Shown here in pieces: positions 54,142 through 64,000 of a stretch of DNA of 64,000 nucleotides (its first letter is position 1; each line of letters starts with the position of its first letter). A program made the translations under genes and the position numbers. Source of the stretch: Raillietiella orientalis (taxonomy: Eukaryota); assembly GCA_036172245.1 (NCBI GenBank), contig JAYWIR010000026.1, forward strand, positions 744,001 through 808,000. Reading direction: 5' to 3'. The notes beneath the pieces are model-generated. The model was not told where the DNA came from and made no database searches. It was given only the letters and a program-made list of their open reading frames with translations.

Positions 54142-56422
54142 ATCAAACGCCCCCTGCGATCCTCTCGATCTCCTGGTCGTTCTCCGCGGTGATCGCGTGG
54201 ATGTCCTGCAGGAGCGCCAGGTCGAATTCACGCAGGATGGCGGCCATGTCACGTGTGTTGCCGTCGTCGCGCAGCCCGTTGACGTTCCAACAGGCCACAC
54301 GCAATCGACGGCGACAGGCGAGCCCAGGTGTTATTCCTGGGAAAGTTGCAATGGGGCTCCGGCCACCTGGTCGGGCGGGACGGATGGAGGAACGGGATCA
54401 CCGCGCACCGGTTCTCCCTCCTCCATGGGGGCCGATTCCTCGGCGGACCGCAACGGTTGAAGGGGGCGGGTTTCACGCACCTGCTCCCCCTCTTCCATGG
54501 GGGCCGATTCGTCGGCTGCGTTGGACGGCAGGGAGGAGCGGTTGTCAGCTGTCTGCTCCCCCTCCTCCATGGCTATCTCCTGGACAGGTTCCACCGTTGG
54601 CAGGGGGCGGCAATCACTCACCTTATCCCCCTCCTCCATGGGGGTCTCCAGTTGCTCGGTAGCGGAGGGTGGGAAAATCCCTCCATCCGTTCCCACGCTG
54701 CCGGCTTCCCCCTCGGATGCCGGTGCGTCCCCCTCCTTCTTTGTCGGGATGCGCCTCTTGGGATTCTTGGACTTTCGTCCAGTCTTCTTCGGAGGCGCCT
54801 CCGCGGAGGAGGACGCACTTCCGGCATCCGGTTCGTGGTCACCTGTCCGAGGTGCCTTGCTCGCGGCCGGCCTTCGCAAGGCCTTTCGCGCGCCGTTCTC
54901 ACGCTCCGCGAGTTCGGCCGCGAGCTCTTCCGCCGCCTGCTGGAAGGCGGAGTCCTCGATTGCGGCGAGCGCGTCGCTCGGCTCCTCCTCTGTTTGCACA
55001 GAGGAGGAGCCGAGGTCGCTACTTCGTCGACAACGAGGCGGGGGATATCCCCCCCGGTGGCGGTCTCGGGGACCTCCACACGCTCCAAGGCGACCGAACA
55101 TTCACGGAGCAACGCGCGGCGTTGTCTCCTATTTAAAGTTGATGTCGCGGGTTCCGCTGTCGGTTTTTCGGATTTTTTTTCTTTTCGGCTTCGCTGTCCG
55201 CCAGCCTTCCTTGTCACCAGCGTTGTCTGGAGTTTTCTCGACCGCCGTTTGCTAGGAGCATTCAGACTATGGCTTTTTGCTTGGCCTTTCCTTTGCTTCT
55301 GTGGGCTTGCTTGTTTTCTCCAAGCGTTTCCCCTTACCTTTTTTCAAGGCAGAGGGCGCTGCAGGTTCCCGCTTTAGGCACATTTTCCGGAGGTGGCCCT
55401 TCTCCCCGCAGTGGAAGCACTGGATGTGAGGGCACCGTATTTTCAGGTGCCCTGTCGCATCACAGTGCCCACAGTACTTGGGGTTGCCCACGTACCAGAT
55501 GTCGACCGTCCCGTTGTCGACTACTAGTTTGTGGGGTAGCCCACCGTTTTCGTGTACGGTCACTTGCGCTGCAGCCATGGCACTGAACAGTTTTCTATAT
55601 GTTAGGAAGACGTTAGGCTTGGTACACAGAGCGTGAACCGTACCATATTTCGTCAGCTCTTTCTGCACACCAGCTTTGCTCATACTGAGAGTTACACCGA
55701 TGAGATGCGCTACAACTGAGCGATCCTCTGTTACCGGGAAGACCTATCGGCCTTCCAGTGTGATGGGGGTGTTCAGCAGGCGCTGAGCCAGGCTTGCATC
55801 TTTGCAAGTAAGCTACACCCGCTGACCCCCACTCATGACGGAAAGGCCTTCCAGGTCTTCCTCGTTCACATTCAACCGCTGTAACTCTCTCTGAAAGTTA
55901 CTAGCGGTGTTCCCCACAAATACAATTGTCTACCTTATAGATCAAGGGTGGCTTATTTCCTTGATCCCGGTAGGCACGTTGTTCTGCCATGGCTTCAGGG
56001 GATGGCGCTGCAGTCACAGCGCACCACGTCTTCGTTGATGGAGAAGACGCATCCACGGGTGCGATTGTCCCCTTTTTCATAGGGGCGGTTGCGCCTTTTT
56101 CCAGTGTGGCGTTTGTACCCTTTTTCCAGGAGGCGGATGCACCCTTTGGCACAAGGGCAGTTGCCTCCTTTTCCAAGGAGGCGGCAGCCCTCGTTTCCAA
56201 CGGGGCGGTTGCCCTTTTTTTCAAGGGAGCAATTGCCCTCGCCTCCGTGGGGACGATTGCCCCCACCTCAATGGATTGGGGAGAGGAACAAGCCTCTCCC
56301 CCTACGGTGTTCATCGCGGTATCCTCAGGCATTTCTGCCATTGGACACCGCAGATGCTCCACACTGACGAAAAAGAACGCGTCACAACAGGCGCAGCGGA
56401 GCGCGGAAAAAACACGTTCGCA
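54142..56422 (-). mobile_element. LINE copy D: 5' UTR, disrupted ORF1 and start of the endonuclease
   Basis: ORF1 is homologous to 61397-63046. ORF2 start RRRLRVACWNVNGL..DLALLQDIH is cut off at ~54142 by copy E. Confidence 0.92.
54331..56341 (-). pseudogene. ORF1 (gag-like, 2x CCHC) of copy D with stops and frameshifts
   Basis: YCGHCDATGHLKIRCPHIQCFHCGEKGHLRKMC; stops at ~55901 and ~55267. Confidence 0.88.
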
Positions 56423-56692
56423 CGCCAAGTTGCTAGCAGGGCTATGGGCTTCGCGTCTGGGGCAGGTGGCAGAATCCATAATTAGCCCGGAGCAGAATTA
56501 TGCTGTTCCCGGGCGGAGTAAGGATGCCAACCTCTTCTTCGCAAGCACATGGGTGCACCTGCAGAGGAGAGAGAAGTAAGGGAAAGGAAAAATCGGCAAC
56601 CCCACTTTGGGGCCGCCAGCCGAGTTGGGAAGGGATCCTTGGGCGGGGAAGGGGGCCTTAGCGCTCGCAGTCGATCTCCATAAGACGTTCGA
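56423..56692 (+). mobile_element. LINE copy A, RT fragment 1 (host of D and B)
   Basis: AKLLAGLWASRLGQVAESIISPEQNYAVPGRS...GEGALALAVDLHKTFD. Confidence 0.9.
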
Positions 56693-56910
56693 TTTTCACC
56701 CGGATTTCGCCGGGTTGTTTATTGTACAATAAACTTTTACAAAGACGTGCGGGGGCTGGACCATTGCTCCAGCCACGCACGAAGAAACACAGAGCCTGCC
56801 GGGTCACCGGTTCGCAGACCGGTGCGGTCCACCACGGCAGCAGGGGAAAGGGGGAAAAACAAAAAACAAAACAAAAAAGAAAAGAAAAGTTGGGAGGGTA
56901 AGGGAAGGGA

Positions 56911-59900
56911 TCACAGTTGCTGGTGGGGCCGTTGCATCCTTTGCAGGATGCCGGCAAGCTCCTTCTGTATTCCTGGATCCAGGTGAGGCCATCGGGACGC
57001 CCTCCTCAGGTACTGGGAGGCTGGCTGGATGGCACCCTGGTCGCGTTGCCCTCCCTAGGCCTTGCCCCAAGCGGTGACGATCCCGCGTAGGCAGCACAAA
57101 GCTGCTAACGAGGCCGCTGGCCGAAGGGCGTCGGCAACGAAGAGGGCTTTCAGTGCGTCCCTGGGGTTGCCGCAGGGGATTCCGATGGCCGCGGCAAAGC
57201 GAAACCAAAGGGGCCGAAGGGCAACACAATCCACTAGCAGGTGGGGGAGGGACTCCCGTTCCCCACACCTGACGCAATTGGGGTCCACCGCTCCCCAGGT
57301 CCAGTGGTGTCGGCGGGCATTGCAGAGGAGTCCCCAGTGCTGCAACAGGAGAGCCGACTCCTGCCATTTTAAGGGGAGGGCGGAAGTGTTCATGAGCACC
57401 GGGGGTCACTTCAGATGTTCAATGGGAACATCGAGCAGCGCGCCACAGCGCAGAAGTCCATTGGGAGGCGTACTCGGGGTCGCAGCGTCTGTTAACTGGC
57501 CCGTCTTCCACTCTCCTATCTTCTTCTCCTTTCTGGAGATTGTTACTGTAACCACCCACTTCGCCGCAACATCGCTGTCCAGATCTTCCATCAGGGAGGA
57601 CAGCGCAGCAGCGAGGGCGGTTCTTCCTGCCCACGCTCTCTTCTTTGGATCCTCCAGGATCTCGCGGAGCGTGCAACTTCTGTAACCCCCAAACAGGAAC
57701 CTTCGTTCCTGTTGGGAGCGTTGCATGCCGAACTGTCCCCACGTTCGAACGGTTTCCTGCAACCAGGCACTACCGTTCAAAGGGCGACAGGTGAGCAATC
57801 CTTGATTTTTCCTTGCCAGCGCAGCCACCCTCCGTAGCTGAAGCCCACATCGGTTGATGCGGCTTCGATGGAGTGCAAGAAACGACGTCAGTTTCGTCTT
57901 GCCGGTGGCTTGCTGGAGAAGGAGACGTGCAGGGACGCACCAACAGGTGCACCACAACTCTGGAACGAGTGCCGACAATCGGAACTGGAGCTGAAGCTCC
58001 AGCCGCTCCAGCGTCAGGAGGCCCAGACCACCATCCCGACGAGGAGCGCACAAGTCCTTTAAGCGGACTCGGGCCCTCCCGTTGCCCCAAAGGGCGATAC
58101 GGAGGAGGTCCTTTGTCCGCTTTTTAATTCTCTCTGTGGGGGGGCAAACAAAAAGCAGGGGGCGGAGGAGAGGAGCCGCGAACGTGTTCCAAACCGCGGC
58201 CCGTTCAGGCAGGAAAAACCTGCCGCCTCGGAACGAGCCGATCGCCGTCTCTACTTTTTGGAGGCAGCCGGACCACGCTTCCGCAGGGGAGTAGTCCCCC
58301 AACGGCACACCAAGGTACTTGAAGTACCTCACCGTGGGGATCCCCAAACGGACCCAGTCCTGCTGCCCTGCCCACGCCGCACCAACTGGCATCACGGACG
58401 ATTTCGCCCTGTTCACCGTAAGTCCGGTTCCCCGATGCAGCAGGTCGAAGAACTCCTCGACCGCCGCAGCCGGGGTGGACATAGGGAGCAGCAGCAGAAG
58501 GTCGTCCGCGTATGCTGAAACGGCCGGCGTACCGGCACAGTCGTGCGGCAGGTGCGCCAGAGTTCCCCTGTACGCTCTCAGTACCAACTCAAAGTAGGTA
58601 CTGAAGAGCAAGGGGCTCAGGCTGTCTCCCTGCCGGATCCCACGCCGCACCGGCACGCCGTGCACGGTCTGCCCGCTGAAAGTAACATTGATGAGCGCGT
58701 CGCGCCAGCAGGAGCGCAGATAGGCCACTAATGAGGCCGGGAAGCCCAAGCGTTCAGAAGCTCCAGAAGGAGATTCTGGTCGACGCAATCGAATGCTTTT
58801 CGCAAGTCGATTGCGACCGCAAGGGCTCCCTCCCCCACCCGACCATCCAATCCCTTGCCGGCGCACGCACCGGATTTCCGGCTGCGCACCAAGCTCCTTT
58901 CATGTTGGAGCTCTAGCCAGGTGGAATCGTGGAACAGGTTCGCCTCCATGCTTCGCCCGGGAACAGCATATGTCTGTTCCGGGCTGATGAAGATGTTGGC
59001 AACCCGTCCCAGACGCTCTGCCCACATCTTGGCTATCAACTTGGCGCCAGCAGCCGCAAGCCTAGGTGGCAAGTCTCCTGCCGCATCGCAGGCAAGGAGA
59101 AGTTGATCAGCGGCTGGTCCACGGGTGAACTGGCGGACGCCAGTACCCCTAGTGTCCAGCCGAGAGGACTGCAGAGATGGGGCGAGCTACTCGGCATCCA
59201 GCCGGATGACCTGAAGTGGCCCCCGGTATTAATTGGATCTAGGATCCTCCCCCTGATGTGGCAGGAGTCGGCGCTTCTGTTGTTGCATTGGGGTCTATCC
59301 TGCAACGCACGCCGCCACCACTGGACCAGGGGTCGAGTAGATCCTACCTGCATCAGGTGTGGGGAACGGGAAACCCTCCCTCACCTCCTTGTTGATTGTG
59401 CTGCCCTCCGACCCCTGTGGGAACGTCTTCGTGCCTCCCTACGGATCCAGGACGGCAGCCAGCCCAGAGACGTTTTTCGGCTTCTGTTCGTGCATGATGC
59501 CCTGCGTCCAGCCGCTGCCCTGGCTGCACTTTGCTGCGTACGCGGGATTGTGACGTTCTGGAGCGAAGTAAGAAGACCGAATCACGACAGGGATGCCGTC
59601 GTACTTGCAGTCCGCTACCTGCGGATTGTGACCAGATGGCCCCACCTGGGAATTATACGGACGGACCTCGAGGGCATCCTGCGAAGGATGGACCCTCCTC
59701 CCAGTAGTCAGTGATCCCTCCCCAACCCTCCCAAATCTTTTTGTTTTTATGTTTTATTTTTCTTTTTGTTTTTTCCCCCACCCCCTTCCGCTGCCGAGGA
59801 GAGTCGCGCCGGTCTGCGTACCGGCGACCCGGCAGGGTCAGTTGAGTTGGCCGTAGTGGGGCCTCGTACCACGAACCAAAGAGAATTTTAAATAAACGCC

Positions 59901-61382
59901 CCGGCGTGACCGGGTGGCAACTATCAACTTGGCGTCCGCATTCACTATTGTGATGGGACGCCAGTTGTTCATGCTCCTCAGATCTCCTCCCTTAGGGAGG
60001 AGCCGCACCTTTGCCGAACGAAACGAGGCGGGAACGACACCTGTTTCGCGTATCAGCATGGTGAGTTGCTGTACCAGGGGGGTAAGCTCAGCCGCGAAAG
60101 TTTGATAAAACTCCGCGGGCAGGCCGTCCTCCCCTGGAGCCTTTCGCCTCTTGAGCTTTCCGATGGCCGAGAGGATCTCGTCGATCGTGAAAGGCTCGTC
60201 GAGGGTCTTTCTCTGCTCCTCCCCGATCGCTGGAGCGCCTTCCGGAAGCAGGAGTCGTGAGACGTTCCTCTCCGGAGGTGCCCTGGCATACAGGGAGGAG
60301 TAGTAACTCCGCAGCAGGCCGCGGATTTGGTCAGGTGCCGAGTGCTCCTGGCCCTCATCGTCCAGTAAGCTGGCCGATCCGGACTGCCAGGCTTGCCTCT
60401 CGGCTCCCGCTTTGTATTCCGCCAGCCTGCGGATGTCGGGGGTCCTAACGTAACGACGGGCCTGCAGGTAGGCTCGTTCGTTACGGACCCCGGTCCCAAA
60501 ACCCGTAGGTAGGCGGTGCAGAGGGAACTGGTCGCAGAACTCCTGGACCGACCGCTTGAAGCGGTCCCAATCCTGGAGTGTCCGCAGCCTGAAGCTCCGT
60601 ATGAACGTGCGGAGATGTTCCGCCGCATCCGGGAGCTTCAGCCAGTCCCCTGGGAGACGCCACGCTGACGAGGAGGGGCCCCTGTCGCGCGGATGGATCT
60701 CGAGGACTAGCGGGCGATGGTCGGACAGCTCGCACGGTAACTTGCCGCGCCTGCCCACGCGAGGGCACAGGTGCTCGTCAAGAAACACGTGGTCAATGCT
60801 GTCTTCCATCCCCGGTGCACTGGCCAACATATTACAGGTGTGCACCGCCATGCACACCTCGTTGACCAGGTCACGCTCGGGATTCTGCCCATCAGGTTTC
60901 AGGCGAACGTTGAAATCGCCTGCAACCAGATGGGCATTCCGCACGCCTGCTTCGGTCATCCAGTCTCGCCGGAGGGCAAGGAAAAACTCTTTCCTCGTCC
61001 TCCTGTTCATCAGGTCCTTGCCGCTCGGTGCGTACACGTTCGTGACGATCAGATCGATCGAGTCGGACCACCTGAGAGTCAGCTGGCCGACACGACCGTG
61101 ATCGTCGAACCGCACGCCCCGAGCCGCGGCCTCGACGGCTGGCCGAAGCAGGTAGGCGACACCGCAACTTTTTACTCTCCCACACCTGTATCATAGCCGC
61201 CCTCCGGAGATCCGTTCGATCTCTTGCGCTTGTTCTGCAGAGATCACGTGGATCTCCTGCAGCAGCGCAAGGTCGTAGGACTCCAGAAGGGCGGCCATGT
61301 CTCGTCTCCTGCCGGCGTCTGTCATGCCGTTCACGTTCCAAACGGCGATGCGCAGACGACGGCGGGAGGAGATTCCCGGCAT
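56911..61382 (-). pseudogene. ORF2 of copy B: APE endonuclease - reverse transcriptase - zinc finger, disrupted
   Basis: WNVNG, LQE, NVYAP, GDFN, IDH, SDH; KAPGEDGLPAEFY, WRPITIVNADAKL, DLRKAFD, GIRQGDSLSPLLF, YADD, YLG. In-frame stops at 61191 and 57406, a frameshift at ~58750, a stop at 57055, and insertion of copy C. Confidence 0.95.
59047..59920 (+). mobile_element. LINE copy C: 874-bp 5'-truncated copy inserted antisense in the RT of copy B
   Basis: Perfect 14-bp TSD ctatcaacttggcg at 59033-59046 and 59921-59934. Open ORF2 C-terminus to 59714. Ends AATAAACGCCCCGGCGTGACCGGGTGGCAA. Confidence 0.96.
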
Positions 61383-61396
61383 TACTGCTGGGAAGA

Positions 61397-63046
61397 TCAA
61401 GGTGTGGGGGAGCCCTCCTCTTGCGAGGCGGGCGGGATGTCCATGGGGGTTTCGGCCTTCTCAGGCACCTGAGGCACCTGTTCAGCCTCCACCCCCTCCA
61501 TCCCCTCCGTGTCCGCGCGTGGGAGTCTCTCGGGCGACGGGTATCGAGAGTTTCCCACGCTCATGGCACCCTCGCTTGCGGAAGCCATCTCTTCCCCTTC
61601 GACGGGGGAGACGAGCTTCCTTGGCTTTGTGGACTTACGTCCAGCCTTCTTGCGCGGTGCCGTGGAAACGGAGGCTGCGCTTCCGGCCTCCACCTCGGGG
61701 TCGGAAGTGGGGGACTCCTGAGGGGAGGCCGGACGCCTTACGGCCTTCTTGCCAGCCTTGGAGGGTTCTGGCTGCAAGGAGGCTGCCAGCTCCTCCGCGG
61801 CTCGCGCGAAGGCTACGTCATCGATGTTGGTGTCGATGACGGACGCCGCCGCCGGCTCGCTCCCCTCGCTGTTGACAGAGTCAACAGAGGGGTGGTCGAC
61901 GGTAGCGGCAAGTTCTTTTTCGTAGCGGTCGGGAATACGCTCGACGACAACGCTGCATTCTTGAATTTGCTCGCTTGCCTGCTGTTTTTTCTGGCGGTAC
62001 GCGAGCTTTTTCTCCATCCTGCTCTCTTTCTTTGATTTTTTGGCCGTAGCCACCTGCCACCCAGGCTCCTGGCTTGTTCCCTCGACTTGTTCGGCGCTGT
62101 TCGCCGGGGTCTCGGGTGCGGCGTGGGCCTTGGGCGCGGGTGGCACAGCCTTCGCGGCAGCTTTCGCCGCCAGCCTTTTCTGCAGAAGCCGATCACGTTT
62201 TTTAAGGTTTCTCTTGGAAACCACCCGCACTGCTGCTTTAGGGCACACCTCCTTCGTGTGTCCCATGGTTCCGCATACTTGGCACTGCACATGGGGACAC
62301 CTTTTTTTGACGTGGCCCGACGTATTGCAGAAGCCACAGTATTTCGGCTTCCCTACATACCAGAGGTCGACGGTTTCGCCCTCGACCACCAGTTTGTGGG
62401 GAAGAGTGCAGCCCTCCCGAACGGTCACGCGCGCAGCAGTGAGGCCGTGTTGCAGCCCCGTGTAGTCCTCGAAAGGACTTACTTTCGTCCACTGCGCGTG
62501 GACCGTTCCGAACTGTTCCAAAGCGGCGCGAACCTGTTCTTTGCGCATTCGCGCGGTTACGCCTAACAGGTGGATCACCATGCTGCGGTCCGCCGTAGTG
62601 GGGAGGAGCCTGCGCGTCCCCATCACAACGGGGGTTTTAAGCAGTCGTTGGGCCAGCTCTGCATGTCTGCAGATGACCTCAACGTACTGACCCCCGCTGC
62701 GGATGGTCATAGCGCTAAGCTCCTCCTCTTTCACATCGAGAGCGCGCATGCCCTTCGAGAAGGCGCGCGCGCTCTCTAAAGAATATAAATTGCCTACCTT
62801 GTAGAACAATGAGGGGTTGTACCCCTCCTCCACATAGGCCGACAATTCCGCCGCGGCTGCAGGCGATGGCGCCGACACAACGGCGCTCCACGCCCGCGCT
62901 GCAGCGGGGATCGATTGTGTGGGGGCGGATGCCCCCACCTCCATCGCCTCCGGGGGCGACGTTGCCGCCGCCCCCTGGCTCTCCATCGCCTCTGGGGGCG
63001 GCGTTGCCGCTGCCCCCTGGCCATCCCTGGTGTTCGCGTCAGGCAT
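61397..63046 (-). CDS. ORF1 of copy B, intact 549 aa nucleic-acid-binding protein (RRM-like region plus 2 CCHC knuckles)
   Basis: First ATG at 63046. YCGFCNTSGHVKKRCPHVQCQVCGTMGHTKEVC. The ORF2 ATG follows 14 nt after the stop. Confidence 0.9.
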   Translation of the reverse strand: MPDANTRDGQGAAATPPPEAMESQGAAATSPPEAMEVGASAPTQSIPAAARAWSAVVSAPSPAAAAELSAYVEEGYNPSLFYKVGNLYSLESARAFSKGMRALDVKEEELSAMTIRSGGQYVEVICRHAELAQRLLKTPVVMGTRRLLPTTADRSMVIHLLGVTARMRKEQVRAALEQFGTVHAQWTKVSPFEDYTGLQHGLTAARVTVREGCTLPHKLVVEGETVDLWYVGKPKYCGFCNTSGHVKKRCPHVQCQVCGTMGHTKEVCPKAAVRVVSKRNLKKRDRLLQKRLAAKAAAKAVPPAPKAHAAPETPANSAEQVEGTSQEPGWQVATAKKSKKESRMEKKLAYRQKKQQASEQIQECSVVVERIPDRYEKELAATVDHPSVDSVNSEGSEPAAASVIDTNIDDVAFARAAEELAASLQPEPSKAGKKAVRRPASPQESPTSDPEVEAGSAASVSTAPRKKAGRKSTKPRKLVSPVEGEEMASASEGAMSVGNSRYPSPERLPRADTEGMEGVEAEQVPQVPEKAETPMDIPPASQEEGSPTP

Positions 63047-63140
63047 CGCTGCCTGATCGACCACCGAACCACACGACGCTTGCACTGGGGAAGACTTCCT
63101 GGCACGAGGAGCACCGAGAAAACACGTCCACCCTGGAGCA

Positions 63141-64000
63141 CACAAGGCGTTCGACTGTGTTCACCAAGAACTCCTCTCAAAGCTGCAGGGTTGCATGGTC
63201 TTCCCACCCTCCTTGATTTCCTACTTGCGCTCTTCCTGGTGAAACGCGATTATTACTATCTCTTTCAGTGGACAAAAGGTGTATGGCGTGTGGGTGCCGC
63301 GGGGCATAAGGCGGGGAGACAGACTCAGTCCCCTGCTCTTTATCACCTACTTTGAGTTGGTTCTGAGAGCGTATAGGATTACTTTGGCCCCCTTGCCGAG
63401 GTCGCGCCCGGCACGCCCTTCGTAGCAGCGTATGCCGACGATCTTCTCTTCTTGTTGCCGATGTCCACCCCGGCGAAGGCGGTCGGGGATTTCTTCGATC
63501 TGCTTAGCCGCGGGACCGGACTACAGGTTTACAGGGCGGAATCGTCGGTTGTTCCAAGAGGTGCGGCGTGGGCAGGGCAGCAGGACTGGGTACGTTTGGA
63601 GATCTCCACAGCCAGGTGCTTGAAGTGCCTTGGTGTGCGGTTGGGGGACTATTCCCCTGCGGAAGCGTGGTCTAGCTGCCTCCAAAAAGTCGAGACGACG
63701 ATCGGCCCGTTCTTGGAAGGAAAGTTTCACTTGCCTGAACGGGCCGCGCTTTGGAACGCTTTCGCAGCTTCCATCCTCCGCCCCTTGCATTTTGTTTGCC
63801 CCGCCCCCGTGAAATACCAGGAGCGAAGGAAGGACCTCCTTTGCATTGCCCCTTGGGGCAAGGGGAGGCCCCGAGTCCCTCTGAAGGACTTGTGCGCTCC
63901 GCGTCGGGACGGCGGTCTTGGCCTCCTGACGCAGCAGCGCGTGGAGAAACAGCTGCGATGGCGCACCCTCGCCCTCGCAGCGAAGCTATGGTGCAACCCT
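63141..64000 (+). mobile_element. LINE copy A, RT fragment 2 (continuation after copy B)
   Basis: KAFDCVHQELL..FPPSLISYLRSSW, AAYADDL, DLCAPRRDGGLGLLT. Continues fragment 1 exactly across the TSD. Confidence 0.92.

Larger units (their letters stand above)
56693..63140 (-). mobile_element. LINE copy B: full-length L1/Tx1-like element (~5.56 kb without its nested insert)
   Basis: 5' UTR, ORF1, ORF2, 3' UTR and terminal hairpin. TSD cataagacgttcga (56679-56692) versus cacaaggcgttcga (63141-63154). Confidence 0.95.

Noticed and set aside
53338..61193. Several probable TGG-to-stop changes as APOBEC-like editing or programmed readthrough
   Set aside because: Only about three events; Trp codons are among the few that become stops by one transition, and the copies also carry other lesions.
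61397..63046. Intact ORF1 beside a broken ORF2 as domestication
   Set aside because: ORF2 has only a handful of lesions, so an intact shorter ORF1 is unremarkable.

Overview
Eukaryotic genomic DNA, probably from an invertebrate animal given the many 45-55 bp GT-AG introns. An AT-rich gene island (~27.5-38.2 kb) holds HSD17B10/scully (minus, 4 exons), CDK7 (minus, 8 exons) and an intronless, frameshifted, 3'-truncated SLC25A32-like carrier (plus). It is flanked by GC-rich, transposon-derived DNA. The dominant repeat is an L1/Tx1-like non-LTR retrotransposon family: ORF1 has two CCHC knuckles, ORF2 is APE endonuclease-RT-zinc finger, and about a dozen copies or fragments are present. The most striking structure is at 52.3-64 kb, where five copies of this family are nested, each inserted antisense to the copy it interrupts. 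Two insertions hit the same nucleotide (the DAKL codons of RT) in different host copies. All three measurable target-site duplications (TSDs) are 14 bp. The copies end in AATAAA plus a conserved CCCGG/CCGGG stem-loop with essentially no poly(A). Also present: a 149-bp tandem repeat, a pogo/Tigger-like MITE, AT-rich MULE/foldback-like elements, an RLE-type LINE relic and several weak gene relics. All assignments come from reading motifs by eye; no searches were run.
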